The notes beneath the pieces were generated by a model, which was not told where the DNA came from, did not search any database, and saw only the letters and a list, made by a program, of their open reading frames with translations. Positions 23,661 to 35,629 of a DNA stretch of 64,000 bases are shown piece by piece. Within the stretch, counting starts at the first letter, position 1. Each line of letters starts with the position of its first letter. The position numbers and the translations under genes are program-made. The stretch is from NCBI GenBank assembly GCA_951406725.2, contig OX597821.1, positions 24,056,001 through 24,120,000 of the forward strand, written 5' to 3'. The DNA comes from Octopus vulgaris (taxonomy: Eukaryota).

Positions 23661-25578
23661 AAGCTTTTGTCGACCCGACAAAGCATAACAAAACTCGCAC
23701 CTCCGAGCAGCAGACTCTCCAGGGGCTGGGGGTCCCCTTGGGTGGTTTCTCCTCCGGGGGTCTCACCTCCCACGGCCACCACTTCAGCACCAGCCACAGG
23801 TTGGCACCTTCCCTCTGCGGCTTGGGTAACACCTCCGCCAACGCCGCCAGGCTTCCTACTAGCCGCCCACAATAGGCGCACCGTCCGAGGAAGTTCCTCA
23901 AATCCCTCACACAAGAAGGGTCCGGCCAATCCTTCACAGTGGCCACCTTCCTCAGGGCTCTATAGCCCACGTAGCATCTTGCTGTACCATCTCCATTCCG
24001 CGCAATCATCGCCGACGACCAGGGACCATTCCGCTTTTCCACTGTTCCCCGTCGCCGATATCTCCTCTTGCGCTGCTGTACTGAGACCTTCCTCCGGCCT
24101 CGCTGCTTCCTCAAGCGACAACCGCCCTGGTCGACGAAACGTTCTGCCAGGTCCGTGCGACCAGCATCCAACAACCCTCGCGACCAACGTCCTGCGCTCT
24201 TCACCAACGGTTGCTTCTTCCGCAACTGCATCAGCGGACCACGATCTCTGACTGCATCACTGTATTGGCAGAACTGGCCCTGCCGCTGGTCCACCGTCCG
24301 GCGCAGTTCCACGATTTGCCCTCTGCAAATCGCCTGCGCAGCCTTCAATAACTCGGCCGACCCAACCAGCGCTCTGTCAGCCTCTGCCTCCACCAGGGTC
24401 CAGCCGACCCTCAATTGAGCTCCTATTCCGCACTGCATGTCGGGCTCCACCGGCCCCACGCAACCATCAAATACAGAGCTCCCCCAAGTGCCAACAAAGC
24501 ACCAGCGACTCCTTGCGGACCGCCTCCTCAACTGCATCCGTGGGCCACCAACTCCTTCAACTGCGTTGCCGTATCGGCAGAACTGGCCCCACCACTGGTT
24601 CGCCATCTGGCACGATTCCTCGATTTGCCTTCTGCAAATCGCCTGTGCCACTTCCAAAAGATCGGCCGACCCAGCCAGCGCTCCACCAGCTTCTGCTTCC
24701 ACTAGGGTCCACCCGACCCTCAATCGAGCTTTCACTAGGCACTGCCTGTCGGGCTCCACCGGCCCCAAGCAACCATCAACCACAAAGCTCACCCAACGCT
24801 GAAGCAGTCTTCCTGGTCTCGGTGGACCCACCACCGTTCGCAGCCGTCTCGCCTCGTCAACGGGCCTGGTCCTTTTCCTCACCAGCTTCCGTACCGCAGG
24901 CCTCACAACACACACGCTCGGCCGCCAGTCCATCCACGCCTGTGGACTCTCCACAGTGGGAACCATACTGTCCCTCTGGGCCCCAAGAGACAGGAGTCCA
25001 GACACCAAAGGACTCGCACACGGCACAACACCTGCCGCGACCATCACACACAGAGCCGGAACCTCGGATTCAGCGACATCCGCCCCAGACCTCGCCAGCT
25101 CTTCGTCCTGAGCTCCGAGAGACAGGGGTCGAGATGCCAAGGGCTCCAGACACGGAACAACAGCATCAGCCATAACACCTTCCACAGGCCTTTTGGTTAC
25201 TTCAACCTCTACGGGTTCCAAATCACAAGATTTCTTGGGTACAGCGTCACAAATTTCGGCAACCAGCCCAGGTTCCGCAAACACAACCGGTCCAGCATCA
25301 CAGATTTCGGCAACACTTCCTTCACTATCTGTTTCCCTCGATGCTTCGTTCGACGGGCAATCTCTGCCCACAGGACCGTCGCTAACCTCGGTCCAACACC
25401 GATCCTTCAAAGCTGACCCATCCGCAACCTCAAGCTCCCGCTGATCTGCCCACAGGCCCCGTCGCCTCTTGTCCATTCTTTCCACGAACGCGTCCGTCTG
25501 CGCCATCTGGCCCCTTAACATCTCCACAATCAGAGCAAGCGAAATCTCGTCTCCGGTCTGACAACCAGACAAATCCAT
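23659..25578 (-). CDS. Chimeric gag-like / RT-remnant protein (639 aa from ATG 25578), no catalytic domains
   Basis: Coiled-coil-like N-terminus and duplicated blocks. GPWSSAMIARNGDGTARCYVGYRALRKV (RT N-terminal) is fused directly to ATVKDWPDPSCVRDLRNFLGRCAY (post-RT). Confidence 0.7.
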   Translation of the reverse strand: MDLSGCQTGDEISLALIVEMLRGQMAQTDAFVERMDKRRRGLWADQRELEVADGSALKDRCWTEVSDGPVGRDCPSNEASRETDSEGSVAEICDAGPVVFAEPGLVAEICDAVPKKSCDLEPVEVEVTKRPVEGVMADAVVPCLEPLASRPLSLGAQDEELARSGADVAESEVPALCVMVAAGVVPCASPLVSGLLSLGAQRDSMVPTVESPQAWMDWRPSVCVVRPAVRKLVRKRTRPVDEARRLRTVVGPPRPGRLLQRWVSFVVDGCLGPVEPDRQCLVKARLRVGWTLVEAEAGGALAGSADLLEVAQAICRRQIEESCQMANQWWGQFCRYGNAVEGVGGPRMQLRRRSARSRWCFVGTWGSSVFDGCVGPVEPDMQCGIGAQLRVGWTLVEAEADRALVGSAELLKAAQAICRGQIVELRRTVDQRQGQFCQYSDAVRDRGPLMQLRKKQPLVKSAGRWSRGLLDAGRTDLAERFVDQGGCRLRKQRGRRKVSVQQRKRRYRRRGTVEKRNGPWSSAMIARNGDGTARCYVGYRALRKVATVKDWPDPSCVRDLRNFLGRCAYCGRLVGSLAALAEVLPKPQREGANLWLVLKWWPWEVRPPEEKPPKGTPSPWRVCCSEVRVLLCFVGSTKA

Positions 25579-25616
25579 AGCGAAAAAGAACCGATCGAAA
25601 CGCAGCAATCAGGACA

Positions 25617-25634
25617 ATCCCACTTCTGACACCA
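25617..25634 (-). promoter_or_regulatory. Primer binding site, tRNA-Leu type
   Basis: TGGTGTCAGAAGTGGGAT, 2 nt after the 5' LTR; complementary to a tRNA-Leu 3' end. Confidence 0.85.
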
Positions 25635-25636
25635 GT

Positions 25637-26916
25637 TGTTACGAAACGGACGGAAATCGCCCGTCGTCGCTCGCCCGAACGGCCTACAAGTTCGCCACGG
25701 AAACCAAAGAGGAGAGAGGAGAGGAGAGATACAACAACAACCACAACCGCAACAGAGATACAGAGGCACAACCCGAGATACAACCCAAAGAGGCAAGGCA
25801 ACAACTGGCAACACTGGCTTATATTCAAACAACAGTTTATACGACAATCAATTGCTACACATCAAATACATTTAAGGCAAACAACAAATCAATACATTAT
25901 ACGGTATACCACAGATCAAAGCATTTAACAACATGCATGTAACAATATAACAGTGTTCAGTAACGACACAACAAGTTCAGATCAAATAATGTTCACGATA
26001 CGTCACAGTCCAATCAGAACACTTCGATACATTATACAATGTTCGTATCACAACAATTCACGTTACAATTCAACAAGTCCTTTACTCAATTCACAATGTT
26101 CTTTATCGACTACATCGACAGAGTCCTTCTTTTTCTCTCTTCTTTCTCTTTTTTTACAGTCTCTTTACCTCGTGACACATATCAATGCACAACACATACC
26201 TTAATTCCTAACTGAATCGCCAGTGTCCCATTCTGCACTCATCTCTTAATACTGCTAAATCCTCTGAATACTCTGCTAATTCCCCTCTGTGCATATTCCA
26301 ATCGCTTGCTCCTAGGCCTCCTCGCATCCCAGCTCGCTCCCAGGAATTCCAACGCTTGCTCCCTAAATCCAAGGTTCCATCCACTCGCTCTGACCTCCAG
26401 AGTCCGTCTCTCTTCTTCGACGACCAGCCACGAACTCCAAGATCCGTCTGTGTTCTTCGACGACCGCTCAACGACTCCCCAGACCTCACTTCGTCTCTGT
26501 CCTTCTTCCACTCCCTCATCTCCCTCTGTACCGCTCACACCCTCTCTAACTGCCCTGGTCCTTATACTCTATCTATATCCTCAATCTGTCCCTTACTGCT
26601 TATCCTTTCTATTTGCCCTCTGATTCCTTACTCTATCTATATCGCCTGCTGTCTCTTAGCCTCTCCATCCGTCCCTTTAGCCTTATACTCTATCTCTATT
26701 TGCTCTCAGCCCTTAATCTATCTTCCTCTTTACTTCTACAAGGGGTGCTCAGAATGACCTCCAATCGACCGCACAAGGTCAGAAAGGTCTCATTAATCTC
26801 CCACTAGACAAAGGACCCGTCACTTTTCACCAGACATACTGGAACCATTATTCCTATGTGGGTCACCAGAAACACTACACTAATTAAACCCGAAATGCAC
26901 TTAGCCAACCGTAACA
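25637..26916 (-). repeat. 5' LTR
   Basis: Direct repeat of 22370-23648. Confidence 0.95.
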
Positions 26917-26934
26917 ATATATATATATGTATAC

Positions 26935-27008
<74 letters not shown>

Positions 27009-27068
27009 GTGAGAGTGGGCAAATCAAAGAAAAGGGCATTCAGCACATTTAGTGGGAGTTACATGTAA

Positions 27069-27237
27069 TATTTAAAACAGTTTGATTGGGTACCGTGCTA
27101 CTTCAAGTTCGGCAGGCTCTAAACAAGAGCCCAATACATTCACGCTTCTTGAATGCTGAAGCCTAATGGAGTCACGTTCACGTTAGGGGCCCGTGAAACT
27201 TGAGTTAGCACGGAACCCAACCTAACTGTTTTAAATA
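27069..27237. repeat. Foldback element: ~40-bp terminal stem with three internal hairpins
   Basis: tatttaaaacagtt..gggtaccgtgcta..tcaagtt pairs with aacttga..tagcacggaaccc..aactgttttaaata. Confidence 0.7.
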
Positions 27238-27240
27238 ATA

Positions 27241-28505
27241 TATCAGATCATCCCATAAGTTCTGTCCGAATTTTGAATAAAGAAGACAAGTAATCAAATG
27301 TTATATTTAATTTTAATTTAATCATCAATGTACTTTCCCCGATTATCTATGACTTCCTTCCATCTATTTACAAGCTTTTTAATCCCATCACTTTTGGTTT
27401 CAAAGTAAAGAACTCTGAAATGTTAGTTTCGACCTCCTCCTGGCTTGCGAAAGTTATGTCCCCCAAGTGATTCTGTAAGCTGGGGAACAAATGGTAGTCT
27501 GAAGGAGCAAGGTTGGGAGAATAAGGTGGATGAGGAAATTTTCCCAACCAAGCTCTTCGATCTTGTGATGTGATCTTTGTGGGATCGCGCATTGTCCTGA
27601 TGAAACATCACTCCTTTTCAATTCACTGAAGCAGGTCATTTTTCTTCAAAGCTTGGTTCAAACGCTGTAATTGCTGACAGTTGACTTGAGCATTGATTGT
27701 TGCATTAGGTGGTAACAATTCAAAGTGAATTACTCCTTTGCAATCCCACCAGATAGAGAAAAGAACTTTTTTCCCATGAAGTTCCCTTCTCTGTTGTGGT
27801 TGAGCCTTTTCCCTTTTACCAAGCCACTGTTTATGACGTTTGACATTTCGATAGAAGATTAATTTTTCGTCACTAGTTACTAGTCTATCCAAAAAGAGTG
27901 AAATGAGTTCGCGAGAATGGAGAGAAGAGCAGATGTCAACTCGGGATTTGCTGTTGCTTTTGGACAATTCATGAGGCACCCATTTTCCAAGTTTAGGAAC
28001 CTTTCCAAGTTGTTGAAGATGATGAACAGTTGTATGGTTTGAACTAAGCTTTATTGCCAATTCTTCAACCGATAATGCAGGATTTTCTTCAAGTAATGCC
28101 TCAAGGAGCTTATCATCAAACTCGACTGGACGTCCTGTTCGATCTTCATCTTCAAGGCTGAAATCTCCACTTCTGAATTTTGCAAACCATCTTCTGCAAG
28201 TTCTTTCATTCAAGCATTCTTTCCCATAAACTGAGTGTATGTTTCGAGTCGCTTCGGCTGCAGAGTTTCCTTTTTTGTACTCATAAAGTATTATGTGCCT
28301 CAAATGCTTTTTGTATACTTCTATGTTAGAAATGGTTTTAATTAAAGAAATTTTAATTCTATTAGTCTGTAAAATGATATTTAATTAGTTTAAGTGTACA
28401 GAAATGCATAAAAATAATTTTTAATTCCATTAGACATTCTAAAATACTATTAAATTTCATTCAATTCTAAAAAAGGTAAAATCGGACAGCATATGTGTGA
28501 TGTTT
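27241..28505 (-). mobile_element. Mariner (DD34D) element with disrupted transposase (~27330-28325)
   Basis: HTH, WVPHEL, VTSDEK, FHQDNARSH, HPPYSPNLAPSDYHLF. Start codon appears mutated to ATA; frameshifts; TIR core tgtccga.tttt / aaaatcggaca. Confidence 0.92.
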
Positions 28506-29195
28506 GTGTATGTGCGTGCGTGCGTATTTGTTCAACGTCATGTCTTGAGTTCTATTTCTTCTGTTCATTAAGATACACGTATATGCAGACGTGTGTGCGT
28601 ATGTATGAGCGAATGCACGTGTGTAGAGAGAAAAAAGTAAATGTTAGAGAGAGGAAGGGGCAGGTAAGTGTTTACGAGTATTATGTTATTTAAATTTGGA
28701 ATTCATTATCTTGAGCTAATTTTAACCAGATATTCCATGATGCATGGGGAACGCGTTTTATTATTTTAAATAGTGTATGTGTGTGTTTTTTAAAATTTTA
28801 ATTAATATAGTCTCTATTAAGAGTGGGAATTGAAATAGTAACCATCCCATGGCTCCACAGTAAATGTGCTAAAGATAGATTAGTAATATGATACCTGATG
28901 TAGAGACAAGACTAAAACCTAATGAGAAATACATATGCGGTGAGGAAAGCCAATGTCATTGACACTTAATGACATATCGTGATGTTCGCAGTTAATAAGA
29001 GGAGACAACTCTGGACAAGGTTTGTCCTTTTAAGCATGACTAAATAACTAAAAAATAAATAAATTAATAAATAAATAAATAAATAAATTACAGTGGTTAA
29101 TTTATTTGAAGTCAGAAACTGAACTATTACGTTTCACTCGGATACATAGATAAAATGAAACACACACACGCACCAACGCGCGCGCACGCACACAC

Positions 29196-29265
<70 letters not shown>

Positions 29266-29546
29266 ATGTACAGAGTTATCAACCTCGGTGGTTTACTTTG
29301 TTGTTTTTGTACATTGGGTGCGTCTTTGCAATTGACGATACACACACCGGTTATGTTTCACTTCAGTTATTAACATTAGTCAACCAGTTAAGCTAATTAA
29401 CCCATTAATTAACAGGTTGTTTAGTCAATCAATCGATCCAATTGGTTAGTCCAGAGTCCTTCCGTCGGCATTTGCGACTTCGTCAACGGTATGCCCACAT
29501 CTGGGCCACGTCTGTCTTCAAGTCACAAACAAGATTTATTGTTTTA

Positions 29547-30062
29547 TCTCTTTTACTCTTTTACTTGTTTCAGTCATTTGACTGCGGCCATGCTGGAGCA
29601 CCGCCTTTAGTCGAGCAAATCGACCCCGGGACTTAATCTTTGTAAGCCTAGTACTTATTCTATCGGTCTCTTTTGCCGAACCGTTAAGTGACGGGGACGT
29701 AAACACACCAGCATCGGTTGTCAAGCAATGCTAGGGGGACAAACACAGACACACAAACACACACACACATACATTTATATACATATATACGACAGGCTTC
29801 TTTCAGTTTCCGTCTACCAAATCCATTCACAAGGCATTGGTCGGCCCGGGGTTATAGCAGAAGACACTTGCCCAAGATGCTACGCAGTGGGACTGAACCC
29901 GGAACCATGTGGTTGGTTAGCAAGCTACTGTAGCAATATTGTTTTCTTCGTGGCTATCTTCACTGTTTGAGAAACTCAAACGAGATCATTCTTAATACTT
30001 ATCTCAAACAGTGAAGGAAACAATAGTGCTACACTACTTACCACACAGCCACTCCTGCGCCT
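29547..30062 (-). mobile_element. SINE family A with nested MITE
   Basis: The consensus is interrupted at 29929-30033. Confidence 0.9.
29929..30033. mobile_element. 105-bp MITE with TGT..ACA termini and 4-bp TSD (Ginger-like)
   Basis: CTAC TSD (29925-28, 30034-37); inverted arms; related fragment at ~8695-8753. Confidence 0.75.
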
Positions 30063-30480
30063 ATTGCCACGCAGTGGGACTGAACCCGGAAGAGTATATA
30101 TGTATGTTTCTATGTGCGTGTATTGATATGTGTGAGTGAGTGTGTATGCGTCGTATGCCCTTGTGTAAGTATATTTCACCTGAATTCCAGTGTTTGTGTG
30201 TGCCTGCATGTGTGAGTGTTTGTGTGATATTCAGCGTCTTTATGTAGGTCAAGTGCATGTGCATGTATATGTGATACTGTCTGTATACGTGAGTGAGTGT
30301 GTGTGAGAGAGGGAGAGAGACTGTATGTGTGAGAAAGAGGGAGAGAGACAGAGAATGTGTGTGTACGTGAGTGAGTGTATGTGTGCCTACCCATGCATAA
30401 GGTTACGTTTTTTCTTCCTGTGTTAAGCACGTCACTGTTCAGCGACATTTCCTAATCCTGGAACGTACTGCTGCAGTGTA

Positions 30481-30870
30481 ACTCTCTTACTCTCTTTTAC
30501 TCTTTTACTTGTTTCAGTCATTTGACTGCGGCCATGCTGGAGCACCGCCTTTAATCGAGCAACTCGACCTCGGGACTTAATTCTTTTGTAAGCCCAGTAC
30601 TTATTCTATCGGTCTCTTTTGCCGAAACGCTAAGTAACGGGGACATAAACACACCAGCATCGGTTGTCAAGCAATGCTAGGGGGACAAACACAGACACAC
30701 AAACACACACATGCATATATATATTTCCGTCTAACAAATCCACTCACAAGACTTTGGTCGGCCCGAGGCTATAGTTGAAGACACTTGCCCAAGGTGCCAC
30801 GCAGTGGGACTAAACCCGGAACCATGTGGTTGGTAAACAAGCTACTTACCACACAGCCACTCTTGCGCCT
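30481..30870 (-). mobile_element. SINE family A
   Basis: Multicopy match. Confidence 0.9.
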
Positions 30871-31104
30871 ATGTAAGGTTAGCAATCTTATATTGACTTC
30901 TTTCATAGAATCGTTGATAACTTATCGACCTCCCCCAGCCACCGCCATGGTGTAAATTACTAAAATAAAATGAAAATGCATAAATAACATAAATTTTCTT
31001 GATTTAAAAACAATAACTCCTTCACTCTTTTGTGTCATTACTGTTTTTCTATTGGAAATACTTAAAGATATTTAAATGAAAATACCTAACGAATTTGATG
31101 AAAC

Positions 31105-33654
31105 TGTGGGATGACGTCAGCAGCTAGGGAGCTGACCGGAACTTGGGGCTGACTGAAAGGCCACGCCAGGGTTGAGTTTGAAGACGAGGTGGAGAGGTGG
31201 ATCGAGGAAGGGGTCCTTGTCCCTTGGGAGGATGAGGTAGCGGTCGGAGTGCTACCCCTGATGGCGGTGGTGCAGCCTACGAAGGGAAAAGTCAGACCGG
31301 TGCTGGACTTCAGGGAGCTAAACCAGCATATATCGTGTCACACGGGAGGTGAGGCGACAGACGTTTGTGGCGAGACGTTACGTGCGTGGAGACAGTCGAC
31401 CAAGGCAGCGACGATTGTCGACTTGAAATCGGCATACTTGCAGCTCCATGTGAGCGACAAACTGTGACAATATCAGCTGGTGCGGTACAAAGGCCGGACG
31501 TACTGTTTAACCAGGCTGGGTTTCGGACTGAATTCCGCCCCGAAGATCATGGCGGCAGTGCTTAAGTCCGTCCTAGGGAAAGACGGCAAGATTAGAAAGG
31601 CCACCAGCTCCTACATTGACGACATTTTGGTGGACGAAACTGTAGTGCAAGCCAACGAGGTAGTTAGACATCTGGAAAAGTTCGGACTGATTGCTAAGCC
31701 ACCGGAGTCGATTGAAGGGGGAGCCGGGCTGGGGCTGAAGCTGCGAAGAGATAGATCGGGTGAATTGGTGTTCCGGAGAGGGAATGAAATCCCAGAGCTG
31801 AGTTCCAGCGTCAGCAGGAGAGAGCTGTTCTCGGTGTGTGGGAAGTTGGTCGGTCACTACCCGATCGCTGGATGGCTGCGCATGGCGTGAAGTTACACCA
31901 AGAGACGAGCGGAGGGGGAGAGTTGGGGCGACAAGGTGGCGATGATGCAGGAAATCCTAGAGAGGACGAGAGCGGAAGACCCGGTCAGGGGGAACTTGTA
32001 CGTGCCCAAGACGGAATGCGGGACCGTCTGGTGTATAGCGATAGGGGTTGTGTTGGCAATCGAAGGCGCTGCGGTGGAGGACGCGGCCTGGCTTCGGAAA
32101 GCAGATGACTTCAACCACATCAATGTCGCCGAATTAGACGCGGTGCTGAAAGGGGCGAACTTGGCCCTGAAATGGGGGCTGCGCACGATTGAAATCCGGA
32201 CGGATTCGGCCACTGTGCTTGGCTGGGTAGGATAGGTGATCACCGGTGAAAGGAGAGTGCGGACGAAAGGTGCCGCGGAGATGTTAGTGAAGCGCCGTCT
32301 AGGAGTTCTAGGTGAATTGATCGCCGAGTTCGGACTGAAGCTGAACGTGGTTTACGTGCCTTCGGAGAAAAACAGGGCGGACGCACTGATCAGGGTGAAA
32401 AGAGCGTGGTTGGAAGAACCGGAGGAGGCCCGGAAAGGGATAGCTGCAGCGTGTCGGTTGGATGACTCTGAACTGAAGAGACTGCATGCTATGCATCACC
32501 TGGGTGTGGACAGGACCCTGTATCTGGCGTAGAAAATTGATGCTGACGTCACTAGGAGAAGCATCCGGAAAGTGGTCGGGAGCTGTGACAGGTGTCAGTC
32601 CATCGACCCTGCTCCGTGTGGGCATGAACAGGGAAGCCTTTCGGTGGAGCACAACTGGAAAAGGCTAGCTGTGGATGTGACGCACTACCGTCAGGGAATG
32701 TACTTCTCCATGGTCGACTGCGAGCCAGGCCGGCTGGCCATTTGGAGGGAGTTGAGGTCCTGTGGAAGAACTGCTGATGGACAACGGGGCGGTGTTTCGT
32801 TCGGAAGCATTGAGGGTTATGCTTGATCGGTTGAAGGTGCGTCGCTTGTTCAGAGCAGCGTATAGGCTGAGCGGTAACGGGATCGTAGAGAGGCACCATC
32901 GGACAGTCAAGGCCATAGCGGAAAGAGGGCACATTTCGCCGTTTGAAGCAGTTTTTTGGTACAACTTGTCTCCCCGATCCGGACAAGCTGAGGAATCTGT
33001 GCCGCAGAGAGCTGTATTTAAATATGAATGGAGGCACCCGAGCAAAGCGCCGGAGGGCCACGAGGAAGAGAAGGGACCCGTTTGCGTGAAAATAGGGGAG
33101 GAAGTCTGGGTTAAGCCACCAAAGGCGCGCTGTAGGTCTCAATGGAGCAGAGGAACGGTGACGGCGGTCAATTCCAGAAACAACGTCTCCGTGGACGGAA
33201 TGCCGCGACACGTCTTGGACCTCCGCAGGATTGTCGCTTCGACGGACGACGATTGTGGAGAGGAGGAGAACGAGGTGCCCAGCTTCAGAAGATCTCGACG
33301 CGCAAGGCGCCCTCCCGGTTGGATGGTGGACTACGACATGGAGTAGAGAGATTGTGATCTTTAAGATCAGGGTGGCGTGTGGGATGACGTCAGCAGCTGG
33401 GGAGCTGACCGCAACTTGGGGCTGACCGGAAGGGGCAGCCGTGACGCGCGCGCAGCGAGCGGGGCATTCTGCCTTTTCGAGTTAGGTCGTCGAGGGGTTA
33501 AGACGGGTGATCACGTTGTTAAGGTTGGGTGAAGTAGCTACTATCTCTAGCGTTCGGGTCGGGCTGTGTCGAAGAATCCATTACCGTTGAAGGGTCTCCA
33601 TCAGAGCAAAGAGAAGGTAGGTGCTTTTATTTAGAATCTCTCGCACACACCACA
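31105..33654 (+). mobile_element. Gypsy LTR retrotransposon with a large 5' deletion
   Basis: GAAAC 5-bp TSD; 5' LTR stub 31105-~31160; full 3' LTR 33378-33654; purine-rich tract before it. Confidence 0.93.
31165..33346 (+). pseudogene. Gypsy pol remnant (RT - RNase H - integrase) with several stops and a frameshift
   Basis: VRPVLDFRELN, DLKSAYLQ, RLGFGLNSAP, YIDD; HINVAELDA, TDSA, NRADAL; HH..C..C; DNG, GNGIVERHHRTVK. Confidence 0.92.
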
Positions 33655-34559
33655 GAAACTAATAAAATTCAGTCATATTATATTTATATAGTCGAATATT
33701 TAATGTGAAATATGTGTTTGGCGAATATAATTGGCTGGAAATTAATAAGTTTTAGCCTTACAGTTTGCTAATAATTAAGCACCTTAAATTCCCCAGGGTT
33801 CAGTTTTGACTATTTTGTCGACCTTAGCTGTTGAGAAAAAAATGACTAGAATCAGAAGCTATTCTTCCAAACAAATCACTGAAAAAAATCTTCATGATAG
33901 AAACAAAAGCTTTGCATGTCTCACGCAGTGTTTTGGAACGTTAGTCTGTCCGTTTGAACTAATTCAGAATTGGGTCATTTGTCACTTTGCAATCACACGG
34001 ATGTCAATGTCGTCAGTCAGTCGCTGTCAGGTAGAGACAGACATGGCTAAAGACATTCATTAAATCAACTAAACTCTCCCCTCTCCTTTGCCAACTTGCT
34101 ACAATGTAATGTAAAAATAAATCAGTTTAACCACTGTTAAATATAGCGGACCGGTTACTGATTTTTTTTTCTGTATCAAATGGATTGATCTCTCATATAA
34201 TTTTACCATGAAATTCTTAACAGTGGATTCAGTCTTTATAAACACCCCACGGTTTATACAGAAGATTATGTCCATGAGTAACTGTGCGGATAGAAGTAAG
34301 GTAAATCGAGGGAGACATGGTTGTAATGGTTATTGTTAATAAAAATGAATAAAGTTTAAGCATATTGAAAAGAGGATAATGAATACGATTATCAGATGCA
34401 TCCATACGTACATACGTACATCGATTTCTTTAACTAACATCCTTTAAGGGAGTGCTCCAGCATGGTTTCAGTCAAATGACCAAACAACAAGTAAAAACAT
34501 AAAAGAATATATATATATTTATATATATATATATGTATCTGTATATATATAAGGCAGGA

Positions 34560-34591
<32 letters not shown>

Positions 34592-35149
34592 CGTGTGTGT
34601 GTGTGCGTGTGTGTGTGCGTGTGGGGGTGTATGTGAATGTAGTTTATGCACATCCACAAATTAGCACTATGTTGCTCAAATTTTAGGAGGACATTCGTCA
34701 CGATCCTAGCTGTATTTTCTTCAAATTACTTTCCCCCGAGGCACCCGCGAATAGCGGTAAATAATTTTGAGCCATAACTTCCAACAATTTTCATAGCGGA
34801 GAAATCCACCATTGTTTACAAACCAAACATGACTTAAGTCCCCTTCTAGCGACGGTGTAAAGAGAAGGAAGAAAGGGAGAGAGAAAGAAAGATAGCAGAT
34901 TTTTTAAATTTCGTCTTTTTACTGAGTGATTGACAGGCAAAGACAGACAGACAGGTGTTGTTTTATATGTATGTATGTATGGCTTCAGTCACACACATAC
35001 ACACACACACACACGAGTATGTATGCGTACAAAACACATGTATGCAATGTGTGTGTGTGTGTGTGTGTTGCCCGTAAATGTATATATATATATATATACA
35101 CACACAATATAAACGATATTCTCCGTTTCTCCACAACTAATTTCCAAAT

Positions 35150-35350
35150 TAGCTGAATCCATTGCTCTACTCAGAGCGATATATAGCTGGTCGTGCGTGA
35201 ACATGGGAGAGAGCAGAGGTTACCAGAGCAAAAGACTTACGTGTTGACTGTAGATACACTCCTTTGCAAATGATCAGCTATTATTTTGTAAACAATGTTT
35301 CGAAACTGTTCATGTTTTCGAAAGGAGAGATATGACTCTCACATCACTGT
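35150..35350 (-). pseudogene. Small degenerate PIF1/Helitron helicase C-terminal fragment
   Basis: MFTHDQLYIALSRA (motif VI-like) and a separate RNIVYK remnant. Confidence 0.55.
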
Positions 35351-35513
35351 AGGGGAATGTAGGCTTCTCCATTCCTGTTACAAAACTTACGTCCGGGTGC
35401 CAAATTTGCTTCAATTGATAGTATAACTCGGGTAGGAGGTGGTGGTGGGACAGTGGCAGGGGCAAAGGCGTGCAAAAACATGTATGCAATAAGTGTATGT
35501 ACGTTTATGTTTG

Positions 35514-35591
<78 letters not shown>

Positions 35592-35629
35592 GCCCATATA
35601 TATATACTTAGTTGTGATCTGAACATAAC

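Larger units (their letters stand above)
22370..26916 (-). mobile_element. Non-autonomous Gypsy-type LTR retrotransposon, recent
   Basis: LTRs TGTTACG..CGTAACA at 22370-23648 and 25637-26916; ATAT 4-bp TSD in (TA)n; PBS and PPT present. Confidence 0.95.
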
